From a virus (Duplodnaviria > Caudoviricetes): DNA of 64,000 nt. The notes beneath the pieces are model-generated. The model saw nothing but the letters and a program-made list of their open reading frames with translations. It was not told the origin of the DNA and searched no databases. The position numbers were made by a program, and so were the translations under genes. The stretch spans positions 4,864-68,863 of IMG/VR virus record IMGVR_UViG_2879448870_000003; one strand, given 5' to 3'. Shown in pieces: positions 56,367-64,000 of this stretch; within the stretch, counting starts at the first letter, position 1, and each line of letters opens with the position of its first letter.

Positions 56367-57557
56367 TTACTCTGTTGTGTATTCATTTACTTCAAAGGTT
56401 AGAATCTTATCGTGTATCACGTATTCTGTTCGTTTGCTGAATGGGCCTTTGTTGTTATCATGCTTATCGATGCCATATCGGACAGATCCGTTCGCTGAAT
56501 CGTACCAGTTCAAGAAAGCAGTTATCTCTTCTGATGTTAGGTCGAATTCTTTTTCTAGACCGGTGTTCATGGTTAGAACCAGAATAGCACGACCTCTTGA
56601 CGGCTGTTCAGGAGATGGAGATGGAGTTGGAGACGGCGATGGAGACGGCGATGGAGTCACTATAGGCGTTGAAGTAGGAGTTGCCGAAGGAATGGTAGGC
56701 TCTCCATAAACATTTATAGTCATATAGTTATGTCCATCTCCTAAGCCGGTAACCTTCATTGATCTAACCCCAGGTATTGATAAACCAGTTTTGTTCTCCG
56801 CTGTTCCTGTTCCTGTAGGAGTATATGATTGGATTAAGTTTTTCTGATCGATATCTGAATAAAAATCATATCTTATTCTCTCAACGTAAAGTTGTCCTTT
56901 AGTATAGATTCTGGTAATAGTTGTTTCATTATCTAAATGAAGTATGAAATACGCATTATTAGAAAGGGTGTTGCCTGTACCATCAGATCCATCCGCAATT
57001 CTTGACTGCCAAGATTTAGCACTAATCGATCCGTCAGAATTATATATGGGAATATTAATAGGAGTTAGTAATGTTTCCCCAGTATCCGTATCAGGGAATA
57101 AGTTGAATTCATATATTTTAACAGTCTGCCAAGAAGTTGTGTTAGATACAACCACTTTAGAGACGTTTTTCACATATACATTTTGTTTCGTCCCTGTATT
57201 TAGGGAGGCTTCGGTACTACCTATGTATGTATCGGTAGAGTCATAATAATCAATTTTAATATTTGCATAATCGGCTAATAATCTATATGAATTAACGGTA
57301 ATTGGTGAAGAAAACTGATACCACAATGAATCTTTATTTGGAGCATAAGGTGATGATGTATCAAGTGTAACAAAAGTTGATTCATCGTTATCAGTGGCAA
57401 GTGATGTTGTATTTGATACAGAAGAACCATCAATTCCTTGATTCATCGTTTTTTCATTTAAGAAGCCATTAGTACTAGAAGAAGCATTGGTAACAGAGAT
57501 TACACTTACTGCTGTGAAAATAAGAAAAAATACTAGCAATAATTTAATTTTTTTCAT
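56367..57557 (-). CDS. Secreted protein C: signal peptide, two beta-sandwich domains, PS linker, diverged copy of same C-terminal domain
   Basis: ATDNDESTF; RAILVLTMNTGLEKEFDL...IDKHDNNKGPF...KILTFEVNEY. Confidence 0.85.
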   Translation of the reverse strand: MKKIKLLLVFFLIFTAVSVISVTNASSSTNGFLNEKTMNQGIDGSSVSNTTSLATDNDESTFVTLDTSSPYAPNKDSLWYQFSSPITVNSYRLLADYANIKIDYYDSTDTYIGSTEASLNTGTKQNVYVKNVSKVVVSNTTSWQTVKIYEFNLFPDTDTGETLLTPINIPIYNSDGSISAKSWQSRIADGSDGTGNTLSNNAYFILHLDNETTITRIYTKGQLYVERIRYDFYSDIDQKNLIQSYTPTGTGTAENKTGLSIPGVRSMKVTGLGDGHNYMTINVYGEPTIPSATPTSTPIVTPSPSPSPSPTPSPSPEQPSRGRAILVLTMNTGLEKEFDLTSEEITAFLNWYDSANGSVRYGIDKHDNNKGPFSKRTEYVIHDKILTFEVNEYTTE

Positions 57558-57727
57558 TAATTACACTCCTTATTATGTATTGTCGCTATTGAGTTTACAA
57601 AACTTAACAAGGATTGTCTAAACATATATGTCTATATCTGCAATAAAGTGAGCGAACAGTAGTATTTATTTTTTGATCCCATTAGAAAAAGAAACAACCC
57701 CGCCAGATTTGTTGCCGGGGTTGTTTC

Positions 57728-58399
57728 TTATCCGATATCTTCTAGTAATTCCTTAGTGTTATTCCGTACGTTGCCTACAGTTGAAGGGACCTTATAAGCC
57801 CTCATCATTGAAGCATCATATGGCTTCAGAAGCTTTAATAAGGATTCGACATCGTCATTGTCTTTCCCCAGCCAATCAGCTTCATCTTCAGGACGCAAGA
57901 TCACCGGCATGCGGTCATGTATGTCCTCCATGAGACTGTTTGGGGTAGTGGTGATGATGGTGCAGGTGCTCAATTTCTTTCCTTCCGTATCTTCCCAAGT
58001 GTCATACAATCCGGCGAAGGAGAAGAGGCTGCCATCACTCATGAGGATTCGATATGGCTGCTTGCTGGTCCCGTCCTTTTTCCATTCATAAAAACCGTCA
58101 GCTGGTATAATGCAACGCTTGGATTTAAGCAGCCGTTTAAAGGCGGGCTTCTCAGCGACTGTCTCCGCGCGGGCATTGATCATCTTACTGCCGATCTTAT
58201 CGTCTTTGGCCCAGAACGGCACCAGCCCCCAGCGCAGTTCCCCAAGGCGTTTTCCTTCGTCACTGGCGATCACTGCCGGGATATTATGCATTGGTGCGAC
58301 ATTATAGTTTGGCTTTAAAGTAGCTATTTTGGTGTCATCGATTAGGTAATGAGTAATTAACTCCTCAAGCGTGACTGTAATTGTAAAGCGTCCACACAT
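57728..58399 (-). CDS. SOS response-associated peptidase (SRAP, YoqW/YedK family)
   Basis: MCGRF start, YNVAP, INARAET, GFYEW, IHDRMPVIL. Confidence 0.95.
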   Translation of the reverse strand: MCGRFTITVTLEELITHYLIDDTKIATLKPNYNVAPMHNIPAVIASDEGKRLGELRWGLVPFWAKDDKIGSKMINARAETVAEKPAFKRLLKSKRCIIPADGFYEWKKDGTSKQPYRILMSDGSLFSFAGLYDTWEDTEGKKLSTCTIITTTPNSLMEDIHDRMPVILRPEDEADWLGKDNDDVESLLKLLKPYDASMMRAYKVPSTVGNVRNNTKELLEDIG

Positions 58400-58425
58400 G
58401 TTATCCACCTCCAAATCTATAATAC

Positions 58426-59289
58426 TCAAATTATGAACTGTTCAAACACCGGCGTCCGGAGCATCCCAGATTTGGTCCAGTTTCTCATTCTTACCCGGGC
58501 TCGCAGGCGAGGATCCAGGTGTACAAACTCCTTATCCTCTCCGGTAACGAGTTGGCCGGCCACTCCCCTGAATGCTTGCTTGTGGAGCGGGGATGCCCCA
58601 AACTCAATTATCCCAGCCGGACGCAGTTTACCGGACGTACCGGAAGGTACTGCAGCAAGCCAGCCAAATTCCTGCTTACGATAACCTGTGATATACACCT
58701 CTGCATACGTCCAGTTAATTACCTTCTGCCAAGCATGGGAGCGGCGTCCAGTCTCATAGATGCTATTCTTGCGCTTGGCGACTACACCTTCCATGCCTCG
58801 GGCTTCTATTTGCTCAAACAGAGCCTCCCCTGCACCGTCTATGTGCGGCACTACGCCAAAGCTTACAGAGGGGAGGGATAATCCTGCCAGAATCTCTTTG
58901 CGGCGCAGGAGCGGCAGCCCACGCAGGTCTTGGCCTTTGTACTGCAGGATATCAAAGATGGCGTAATAGGCTGGAAGAGTAGCAGTGAGCTTGAGAATCT
59001 TGTCCGCCCGCCGGGACTGGAAACGGCTCATGACAGCCTCGAAATCTGATACCCCGGTTGTCGGATCTACGCAGGCGACCTCGCCGTCCAGGATTACATC
59101 ATCTTCAAACGGCAGCTGCAGTTCAGGGTACTGCCGGGTGCAGTCGTTATCGTGGCGGGTGTACAACCGGACCTTTCCGGCTTGCTGGGAGTATATCAGC
59201 CGGTGGCCGTCTATCTTTGGTTCATATATATAATCGCTGTGCGAAAATGGCCCGGGAGCCGTTTGCAGTAGCATAGGACTTATAAACAT
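58426..59289 (-). CDS. ATP-dependent DNA ligase (SPbeta LigB/YoqV-like)
   Basis: EPKIDGHR, LDGEV, FDIL, EGVVAK, WQKV. Confidence 0.93.
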   Translation of the reverse strand: MFISPMLLQTAPGPFSHSDYIYEPKIDGHRLIYSQQAGKVRLYTRHDNDCTRQYPELQLPFEDDVILDGEVACVDPTTGVSDFEAVMSRFQSRRADKILKLTATLPAYYAIFDILQYKGQDLRGLPLLRRKEILAGLSLPSVSFGVVPHIDGAGEALFEQIEARGMEGVVAKRKNSIYETGRRSHAWQKVINWTYAEVYITGYRKQEFGWLAAVPSGTSGKLRPAGIIEFGASPLHKQAFRGVAGQLVTGEDKEFVHLDPRLRARVRMRNWTKSGMLRTPVFEQFII

Positions 59290-59443
59290 AGTTTCACCTC
59301 TACCTAATTATAAATCCCAGTGGAAGGTGAGGGGGCAGGTAAGTCTTGGGCAAAAAAAAACGTCAACCATGATTAGTTGACGGGATGAATATTTACCTCT
59401 GCTATTTATATAATGTTATTTTGCAAATTCTTACACATGGGCT

Positions 59444-59950
59444 TTAATATGCATAGATCCTACATGTCCATGTAGCAATCCCACCAGAGAAAATTAATTC
59501 AATGTTTTTAAGAGGTATAGGTTCACGGGATTCTAGAAATCCATGACTTTGACAACCATAAGTTCTATTGCCAATGTCTCCAAAAGTGGATGTACCATTG
59601 CCCACAATTCTTTTTGATTTTGAATTAACCGCGAGGGTGTAATCGAGTGTAAATGATGCGTCAAAACGACCTAAATATCCGCCGTTTCGTCCAACATATA
59701 TACCTCTATCTTTAACTTCATCTTGTTTATGCCCCCATTCGCCCTCTCGTTCGTCACCGCCAACATCTACATAACTATAATAACCTTTATCAATTTTGTT
59801 GATCCTTAAGATTAGGTAGCGAGTTATTTCACCTGACTTTAACTCTCCAAATGCTGAGATTCTAAGTTTACGGTCGATTGTTTCGTTTTGAGGCAGATCA
59901 ATTGAAATGTTACTGTCCCCTTGAATAGATTTTTCACCAATTAAATGCAT
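59444..59950 (-). CDS. Hypothetical moron protein
   Basis: AGGTG RBS; own terminator at ~59353-59383. Confidence 0.7.
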   Translation of the reverse strand: MHLIGEKSIQGDSNISIDLPQNETIDRKLRISAFGELKSGEITRYLILRINKIDKGYYSYVDVGGDEREGEWGHKQDEVKDRGIYVGRNGGYLGRFDASFTLDYTLAVNSKSKRIVGNGTSTFGDIGNRTYGCQSHGFLESREPIPLKNIELIFSGGIATWTCRIYAY

Positions 59951-60038
59951 TTAAATCACACCTATCTGCTATTTATTTATTTATTTATATTACTCTTTCC
60001 TTAAGCACTTCCTTTATACGTTGTTTCAGTTATTTCCA

Positions 60039-60083
60039 TTGCTTAAAAATTGCAGGTACGGTTATAATACAAACAAATGTTCT
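60039..60083 (+). promoter_or_regulatory. sigmaA promoter TTGCTT-N18-TATAAT with LexA-box-like CAAACAAATGTTCT
   Basis: Box at 60070-60083 immediately downstream of the -10. Confidence 0.65.
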
Positions 60084-60105
60084 TATTTTACGGAGGCGAT
60101 CATCC

Positions 60106-60303
60106 ATGAAGATGAGCATCGGCCAAACCATTGAAATTATATACCTGGACAAAGCGGGCAAGATTACGCAGCGGAAGATTGAAGTGAACGGCATCCGCAA
60201 CGGCCGTATCCGGGCTACGTGTCTCACTACCAGTGCGCCGCGCGTATTCCTTGCGGCCAGTATCTTATCGTGGCAGCCTGTGCAGGAGCGGCGACATGCT
60301 TGA
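60106..60303 (+). CDS. Small WYL-like/SH3-fold protein
   Basis: IEIIYLDKAGKITQRKIEV...C....APRVF..SI. Confidence 0.7.
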   Translation: MKMSIGQTIEIIYLDKAGKITQRKIEVNGIRNGRIRATCLTTSAPRVFLAASILSWQPVQERRHA

Positions 60304-60595
60304 TGATACCCCGCGCAAGCTGCTGCGGATCATCGCCCAATATCGATATCATTTCCGGCGCATGCCTACAATCCGGGAGCTTGGAAACCTAAGCGGGCGC
60401 AGACCTGCAGATATAATCAAGGGTTTTAAAGTGCTGGCTGCAGAGAACTATATATCATGGGACCCAACCAAACCAATCGAGACAGCCGAAATTATTGAGG
60501 GGTGGGAACGGCATGTACCATACGACACAACGCCGCAAGGAGGCACGCAGAGCCCAGGGCGCAGTACTAACATAGATTACTGGTTGTATCATTGA
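60296..60595 (+). CDS. LexA DNA-binding-domain-like winged helix without peptidase
   Basis: KLLRII....FRRMPTIREL..LSG...L...YI. Confidence 0.7.
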   Translation: MLDDTPRKLLRIIAQYRYHFRRMPTIRELGNLSGRRPADIIKGFKVLAAENYISWDPTKPIETAEIIEGWERHVPYDTTPQGGTQSPGRSTNIDYWLYH

Positions 60596-60609
60596 GGGGG
60601 CTTTACATA

Positions 60610-61089
60610 ATGAGTAAATTGGACGGGAATGAGCGATGGAAAACTAAGATGGTTTCGACTGAACATGTGGATCAATACGAGCAGGAGATTAAAGCGGAGG
60701 GGGCCGGTAACAAGATGCTTACCGTAGAGGAGCGGACAATGGTGCGTGACCTCATATTACTGCCATATATCGAGACTATGGTCGATAAAAGCCTCCGGGA
60801 GATTGAGCTCTCTGGCAGCATACTGAAGAGGGCCTATTTAATGGCTGGACAGAGCATACAGCGCCGGATCACACAGGATACGTATCAGCTGAAAAAGGAA
60901 CTGAAGCAGCGGAACATAAAAGTCGTGCCGGATGAACAGGAAGAATTCTTGGTTTATCATAAAATCTTTTGCCGGGGACGACAGGAGAGGTTCGGTCTTA
61001 CCCGTGACGTTATGCGTACAGAGATAAGCCTGCGGTTGACCCAGTATACTGCCGAGCTGGGAATGACATTAAAAGATCATTTTAAATAA
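60610..61089 (+). CDS. Conserved hypothetical protein
   Basis: GAGGGGG RBS; third gene of the SOS-box operon. Confidence 0.75.
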   Translation: MSKLDGNERWKTKMVSTEHVDQYEQEIKAEGAGNKMLTVEERTMVRDLILLPYIETMVDKSLREIELSGSILKRAYLMAGQSIQRRITQDTYQLKKELKQRNIKVVPDEQEEFLVYHKIFCRGRQERFGLTRDVMRTEISLRLTQYTAELGMTLKDHFK

Positions 61090-61106
61090 CAAAGCCCCGT
61101 CAGTGA

Positions 61107-61277
61107 TTATACTGGCGGGGTTCCACGTTTTTCTGCAGTTATTCTATTAACAATTACGCTGACCGTGCATTTCTCGCGGTCGGCTTCTTCGCGTAACCAT
61201 TCCAACAATTCAGGTTCAAAGTAGATGGCCTCACGAATTTTCTTTTCACCTTCGGCTTTCGGTGGTCTTCCAGCCAT
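61107..61277 (-). CDS. Ribbon-helix-helix (CopG/Arc-like) regulator
   Basis: MAGRPPKAEGEKKIREAIYFEPELLEWLREEADREKCTVSVIVNRI; AAGGAG RBS; not in ORF track. Confidence 0.75.
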   Translation of the reverse strand: MAGRPPKAEGEKKIREAIYFEPELLEWLREEADREKCTVSVIVNRITAEKRGTPPV

Positions 61278-61416
61278 GAAATCACACTCCTTGTCCTAAT
61301 GAATTTTACAGCATTTAAAAATATTTAGCAATATTATAAATCACCTATTTACAAGCATTTAAAAGCATGTTAAATTAGATTTATCAACAAGGCAACCTTA
61401 AAGGAGCGTGAAGAGA

Positions 61417-61587
61417 TTGGATGAAGAGAACGAATACGAATTTGAAGTTCATTTCATGAATGCACCGTATCTGGAAATAACTCGCCGTGGTAAAACGCAG
61501 CTGGAAGCATTATTTAACGCAGAACGTGACTACGAAAACGAACCCGGTTACTCTGCAGTGATCTCAATAGATCCACATAAAATCTAA
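61417..61587 (+). CDS. Small acidic hypothetical protein
   Basis: AAGGAG RBS, TTG start; MDEENEYEFEVHF... Confidence 0.5.
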   Translation: MDEENEYEFEVHFMNAPYLEITRRGKTQLEALFNAERDYENEPGYSAVISIDPHKI

Positions 61588-61617
61588 GCCGGCGGGCATA
61601 CGCGGGAGGGATAAGGG

Positions 61618-61815
61618 ATGGACAAAAGAATGAAGATTCGCGGCCAATATCGGAGTTTATTGATGGAAGATGATGTACACCAGTATGAAACACCAAATGG
61701 TGTGACTTTCGTAAAGGTGGATGCCTACGTTTGGTACAACTACGATAATGCTAAGGAAACACTCACCACCAACCAACTTGCAGCAAGATGCGCTGATGAG
61801 GAAATAAGCAAATAA
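61618..61815 (+). CDS. Small hypothetical protein
   Basis: GGGAGG RBS. Confidence 0.6.
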   Translation: MDKRMKIRGQYRSLLMEDDVHQYETPNGVTFVKVDAYVWYNYDNAKETLTTNQLAARCADEEISK

Positions 61816-61844
61816 CATGGGCTACGGCCCCTCTAAAGGAGGAA

Positions 61845-62231
61845 GTGAAGCTTATGAGCCGTCAAGAAGAGGTCCAGCGATATGCGGAAATGATAATTGA
61901 AGAAGGGGATGGATACCGTTACCCAACTGCGGTCGGGATAATTAGAGCAACCATCACCGGTGATCAGTCGCCATTTGCAAAACTTCGGCGAATTGAAAAT
62001 GTCTTATCTGCTCTGGACCTTGTATATAAGCAGAGTGTGGACAGCAGGGATTGGGCAACAGTGCTGGAGCATAAGGGACGTAAAATCCAGGTACTTAAAA
62101 GAGTTGGCTCGGGAGATCCATTTGGATACCGAATTGAGCCACCCTTGCCGTATGCCGCAAACCCGGAATGCTTGACGTATTACTATGACACCATAGGTGA
62201 GGCAATAGAGAGTATCGATGAATCCGCCTGA
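61845..62231 (+). CDS. Hypothetical protein
   Basis: AAGGAGG RBS; stop codon lies in the ribozyme core. Confidence 0.65.
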   Translation: MKLMSRQEEVQRYAEMIIEEGDGYRYPTAVGIIRATITGDQSPFAKLRRIENVLSALDLVYKQSVDSRDWATVLEHKGRKIQVLKRVGSGDPFGYRIEPPLPYAANPECLTYYYDTIGEAIESIDESA

Positions 62232-62297
62232 TGAGCGCTGAGAGCGCCTCGGACCGGTTGCGGGACTGGTCGAAACCTTGAGCAATATGGTCGCGGA
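62223..62297 (+). ncRNA. Hammerhead-ribozyme-like motif (type I topology, branched stem II)
   Basis: Stem I TCCGC/GCGGA; CUGAUGA 62228-34; GAAA 62272-75; stem III CC/GG; GUC at 62290-92. Confidence 0.7.
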
Positions 62298-62348
62298 ATC
62301 CGTCATACGAGGGCTGCGCGCGTCCTCAATGCATAGGAGTGATAGATA

Positions 62349-62594
62349 ATGTTATATGCTCATGAACGAATGGCAGAGTTATGGACTATTCAAAAAAATC
62401 GGCCACTGAAGAATTCGGAAAAATTGGAGATGGATATTTGCCATCAAGCAAATGCTCTGTACTGCTGGGATTGGGCAAGACTTAAGCATTTTTCTGTAAT
62501 TGCTTCTGAGACTAATGACGTGGGATTACATCACGAAATATGTGCTCAGATTGAGGAATTACAACTTACCGGGAAGGTCACTAAGAAACATTGA
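62349..62594 (+). CDS. Small helical hypothetical protein
   Basis: AGGAGTG RBS; HERMAELW...CHQANA...HHEICAQIE. Confidence 0.7.
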   Translation: MLYAHERMAELWTIQKNRPLKNSEKLEMDICHQANALYCWDWARLKHFSVIASETNDVGLHHEICAQIEELQLTGKVTKKH

Positions 62595-62706
62595 AAGAAC
62601 GCCGCCTGATAGGCCTATATCGTAGTAAATAAGTTGTATACGCTATACCAGGACCAGATATATAATTAACCTATTGAATGAAAATTATGTCAGGCGGTGT
62701 TGTGTC

Positions 62707-63336
62707 GTGTCGTGGGAACCTGTAAGTTTTGTTTTTTTCTCAACCTTAGAGTTTGTAGCTATTTATTGTATCATTTGCGCTTTATTTAGATTCAAACCAA
62801 CGGAAATTATTTTTCCTGCATTATTCATCATACTGCTAATGGATTTGCAAAGCTTCATTTTCAGAGAGGATCTACAATTAACCGAAATTGTGCCATTGAT
62901 TAATATTTTATTGTACATCTTATTATTTACAATCGTGATGCGTATACCGCTGATCTGGTCGGCTGTTATTTCTGTCATGGGGTATTTTGCTTACGTGCTC
63001 CTGCAAGTCGCATTAGTCCAATTATCATTTGGATATTTATCTGTAAATGAATTAGCATTACATCCCGAAAAAGGGTACTTACTGCAGGCTATGAGTAGTG
63101 TGATTGGTATTGGTGGAGCTTATCTATTTTATATGTTTGGCGGAGGATTTACATTTGATTTTGAAAAGTTGAGGTTAAAACGCGAAGCAATTTATGTGTA
63201 CACACTTATTGGTAGTGCGCTTTTACTAACAGTATGGCTTCTATATAAAGGCAACACGTTGACTGATGTTATATCAGTGTCGATTGCATTTATCTTCTTT
63301 ACTTACTATGCAATAAAGAAGGAGAAGGAAAGATGA
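62707..63336 (+). CDS. Polytopic membrane protein resembling an AgrC-type sensor domain, with no kinase
   Basis: About seven hydrophobic helices; ATGA overlap with agrB; no H-box or ATPase motifs. Confidence 0.65.
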   Translation: MSWEPVSFVFFSTLEFVAIYCIICALFRFKPTEIIFPALFIILLMDLQSFIFREDLQLTEIVPLINILLYILLFTIVMRIPLIWSAVISVMGYFAYVLLQVALVQLSFGYLSVNELALHPEKGYLLQAMSSVIGIGGAYLFYMFGGGFTFDFEKLRLKREAIYVYTLIGSALLLTVWLLYKGNTLTDVISVSIAFIFFTYYAIKKEKER

Positions 63337-63860
63337 TAGATTTTCTCTCCTTGAGGATCGCTCAAGGAATAAAGAAGGGCGCTCCTGACAGTACAGTATC
63401 TATTGCCGTTATGAAGTATGCTTTATCAATCATTATAAACGCGTCAATGATAATCTCTCTATCGTTACTGTTCTCAATTTTTACAGGGAAGACAGTTGAA
63501 GTAGCAATAGCACTTGTGGCGTTCCCTTTACTACGACAGGTTTCTGGTGGGTATCACATGCAATCAGGATTGAAATGCATCGTGTTTTCGACAATATTAA
63601 TAACTGCAATATCCCTTGCCAATTTCGGATACTGGACTATCGTGACATTAGGGATCGTAAGTTTTATACTCGTGGCATTATTTGCTCCATCGAAAATTGA
63701 GAGACAATCGCGGATACCCAGAAAATTCTATCCATTCTTAAAAGTTGTCTCTCTGATAATCGTATCAACTAATTTTTTATTGGTTTCATCAGTTCTCAGC
63801 GCGACATTCTTTGCACAGGGCATCTCGCTGATTCACATGAAGGGAGGTGACAACAAATGA
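63333..63860 (+). CDS. agrB: AgrB family autoinducer-processing protein
   Basis: LRQVSGGYH...C motif, FAPS; multi-TM. Confidence 0.92.
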   Translation: MIDFLSLRIAQGIKKGAPDSTVSIAVMKYALSIIINASMIISLSLLFSIFTGKTVEVAIALVAFPLLRQVSGGYHMQSGLKCIVFSTILITAISLANFGYWTIVTLGIVSFILVALFAPSKIERQSRIPRKFYPFLKVVSLIIVSTNFLLVSSVLSATFFAQGISLIHMKGGDNK

Positions 63861-64000
63861 AAAAAATTATGGTAAATGCAAAACGATTATTATTGATGAA
63901 CGCAGCGGCTCTACTTGGAGTCGTAGCTTTATCTACAGTAAGTACTGCGAGCGCGTGGTACGTGTATAACGGGGACGTGCCTGATGAGTTGTTAAATTAG
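63857..64000 (+). CDS. agrD: AgrD-like cyclic lactone autoinducer propeptide
   Basis: MKKIMVNAKRLLLMNAAALLGVVALSTVSTASAWYVYNGDVPDELLN*; amphipathic leader, S-A-W-Y-V core, VPDEL acidic tail; GGGAGG RBS; not in ORF track. Confidence 0.88.
   Translation: MKKIMVNAKRLLLMNAAALLGVVALSTVSTASAWYVYNGDVPDELLN

Larger units (their letters stand above)
1..64000 (+). mobile_element. Temperate siphovirus-like phage/prophage (Bacillales, probably Paenibacillus); ends not in window
   Basis: Contiguous early genes, terminase, portal, capsid, tail, tape measure, Dit, fibres, endolysin and holin in near-canonical order; no host housekeeping operons. Confidence 0.95.

Noticed and set aside
48985-57727. CRISPR array or integron attC array
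   Set aside because: Repeats are irregularly spaced by whole genes; no cas genes, and no attC R/L box structure or integron integrase recognised
63981-63988. Second CTGATGAG hammerhead core
   Set aside because: It encodes PDE of the AgrD tail; no GAAA or stems visible before the window ends
1-64000. tRNA or rRNA genes
   Set aside because: No cloverleaf with T-loop/D-loop consensus noticed by eye; tRNAscan-SE would settle it

Overview
The whole window is one temperate siphovirus-type phage or prophage of a Bacillales host. The gene families point to Paenibacillus, which is an inference. No att site, large integrase or host housekeeping gene is visible. Layout: (1) ~1-12.8 kb early/replication and accessory genes (beta clamp, repeat-expanded C5 DNA methyltransferase, Xre, HNH, sigma factor, MazG-like, YopX, ArpU/RinA-like activator); (2) ~12.9-15.5 kb a structured non-coding RNA candidate, a two-gene membrane moron, and a short tyrosine recombinase with paired sites; (3) ~15.6-43 kb packaging, head and tail genes, with morons between terS, terL and portal; (4) ~44-46.3 kb lysis; (5) ~46.3-57.6 kb a patchwork accessory array with defence-like genes (three-gene nuclease operon, Ser/Thr kinase, HEPN) and three secreted proteins that have variable N-termini and a shared C-terminal domain; (6) ~57.7-61.1 kb SRAP, ATP-dependent ligase and an SOS-box operon; (7) ~61.1-64 kb an RHH regulator, small genes, a hammerhead-ribozyme-like motif and an agr-like cassette (membrane protein lacking a kinase, agrB, agrD). 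Most notable unexplained signals: a 14-18 bp palindrome AGGAAAATTTTCCT at 10 intergenic sites, the repeat-bounded cassette array, the hammerhead-like RNA and the kinase-less agr cassette. All family assignments come from motif recognition by eye, not database searches.
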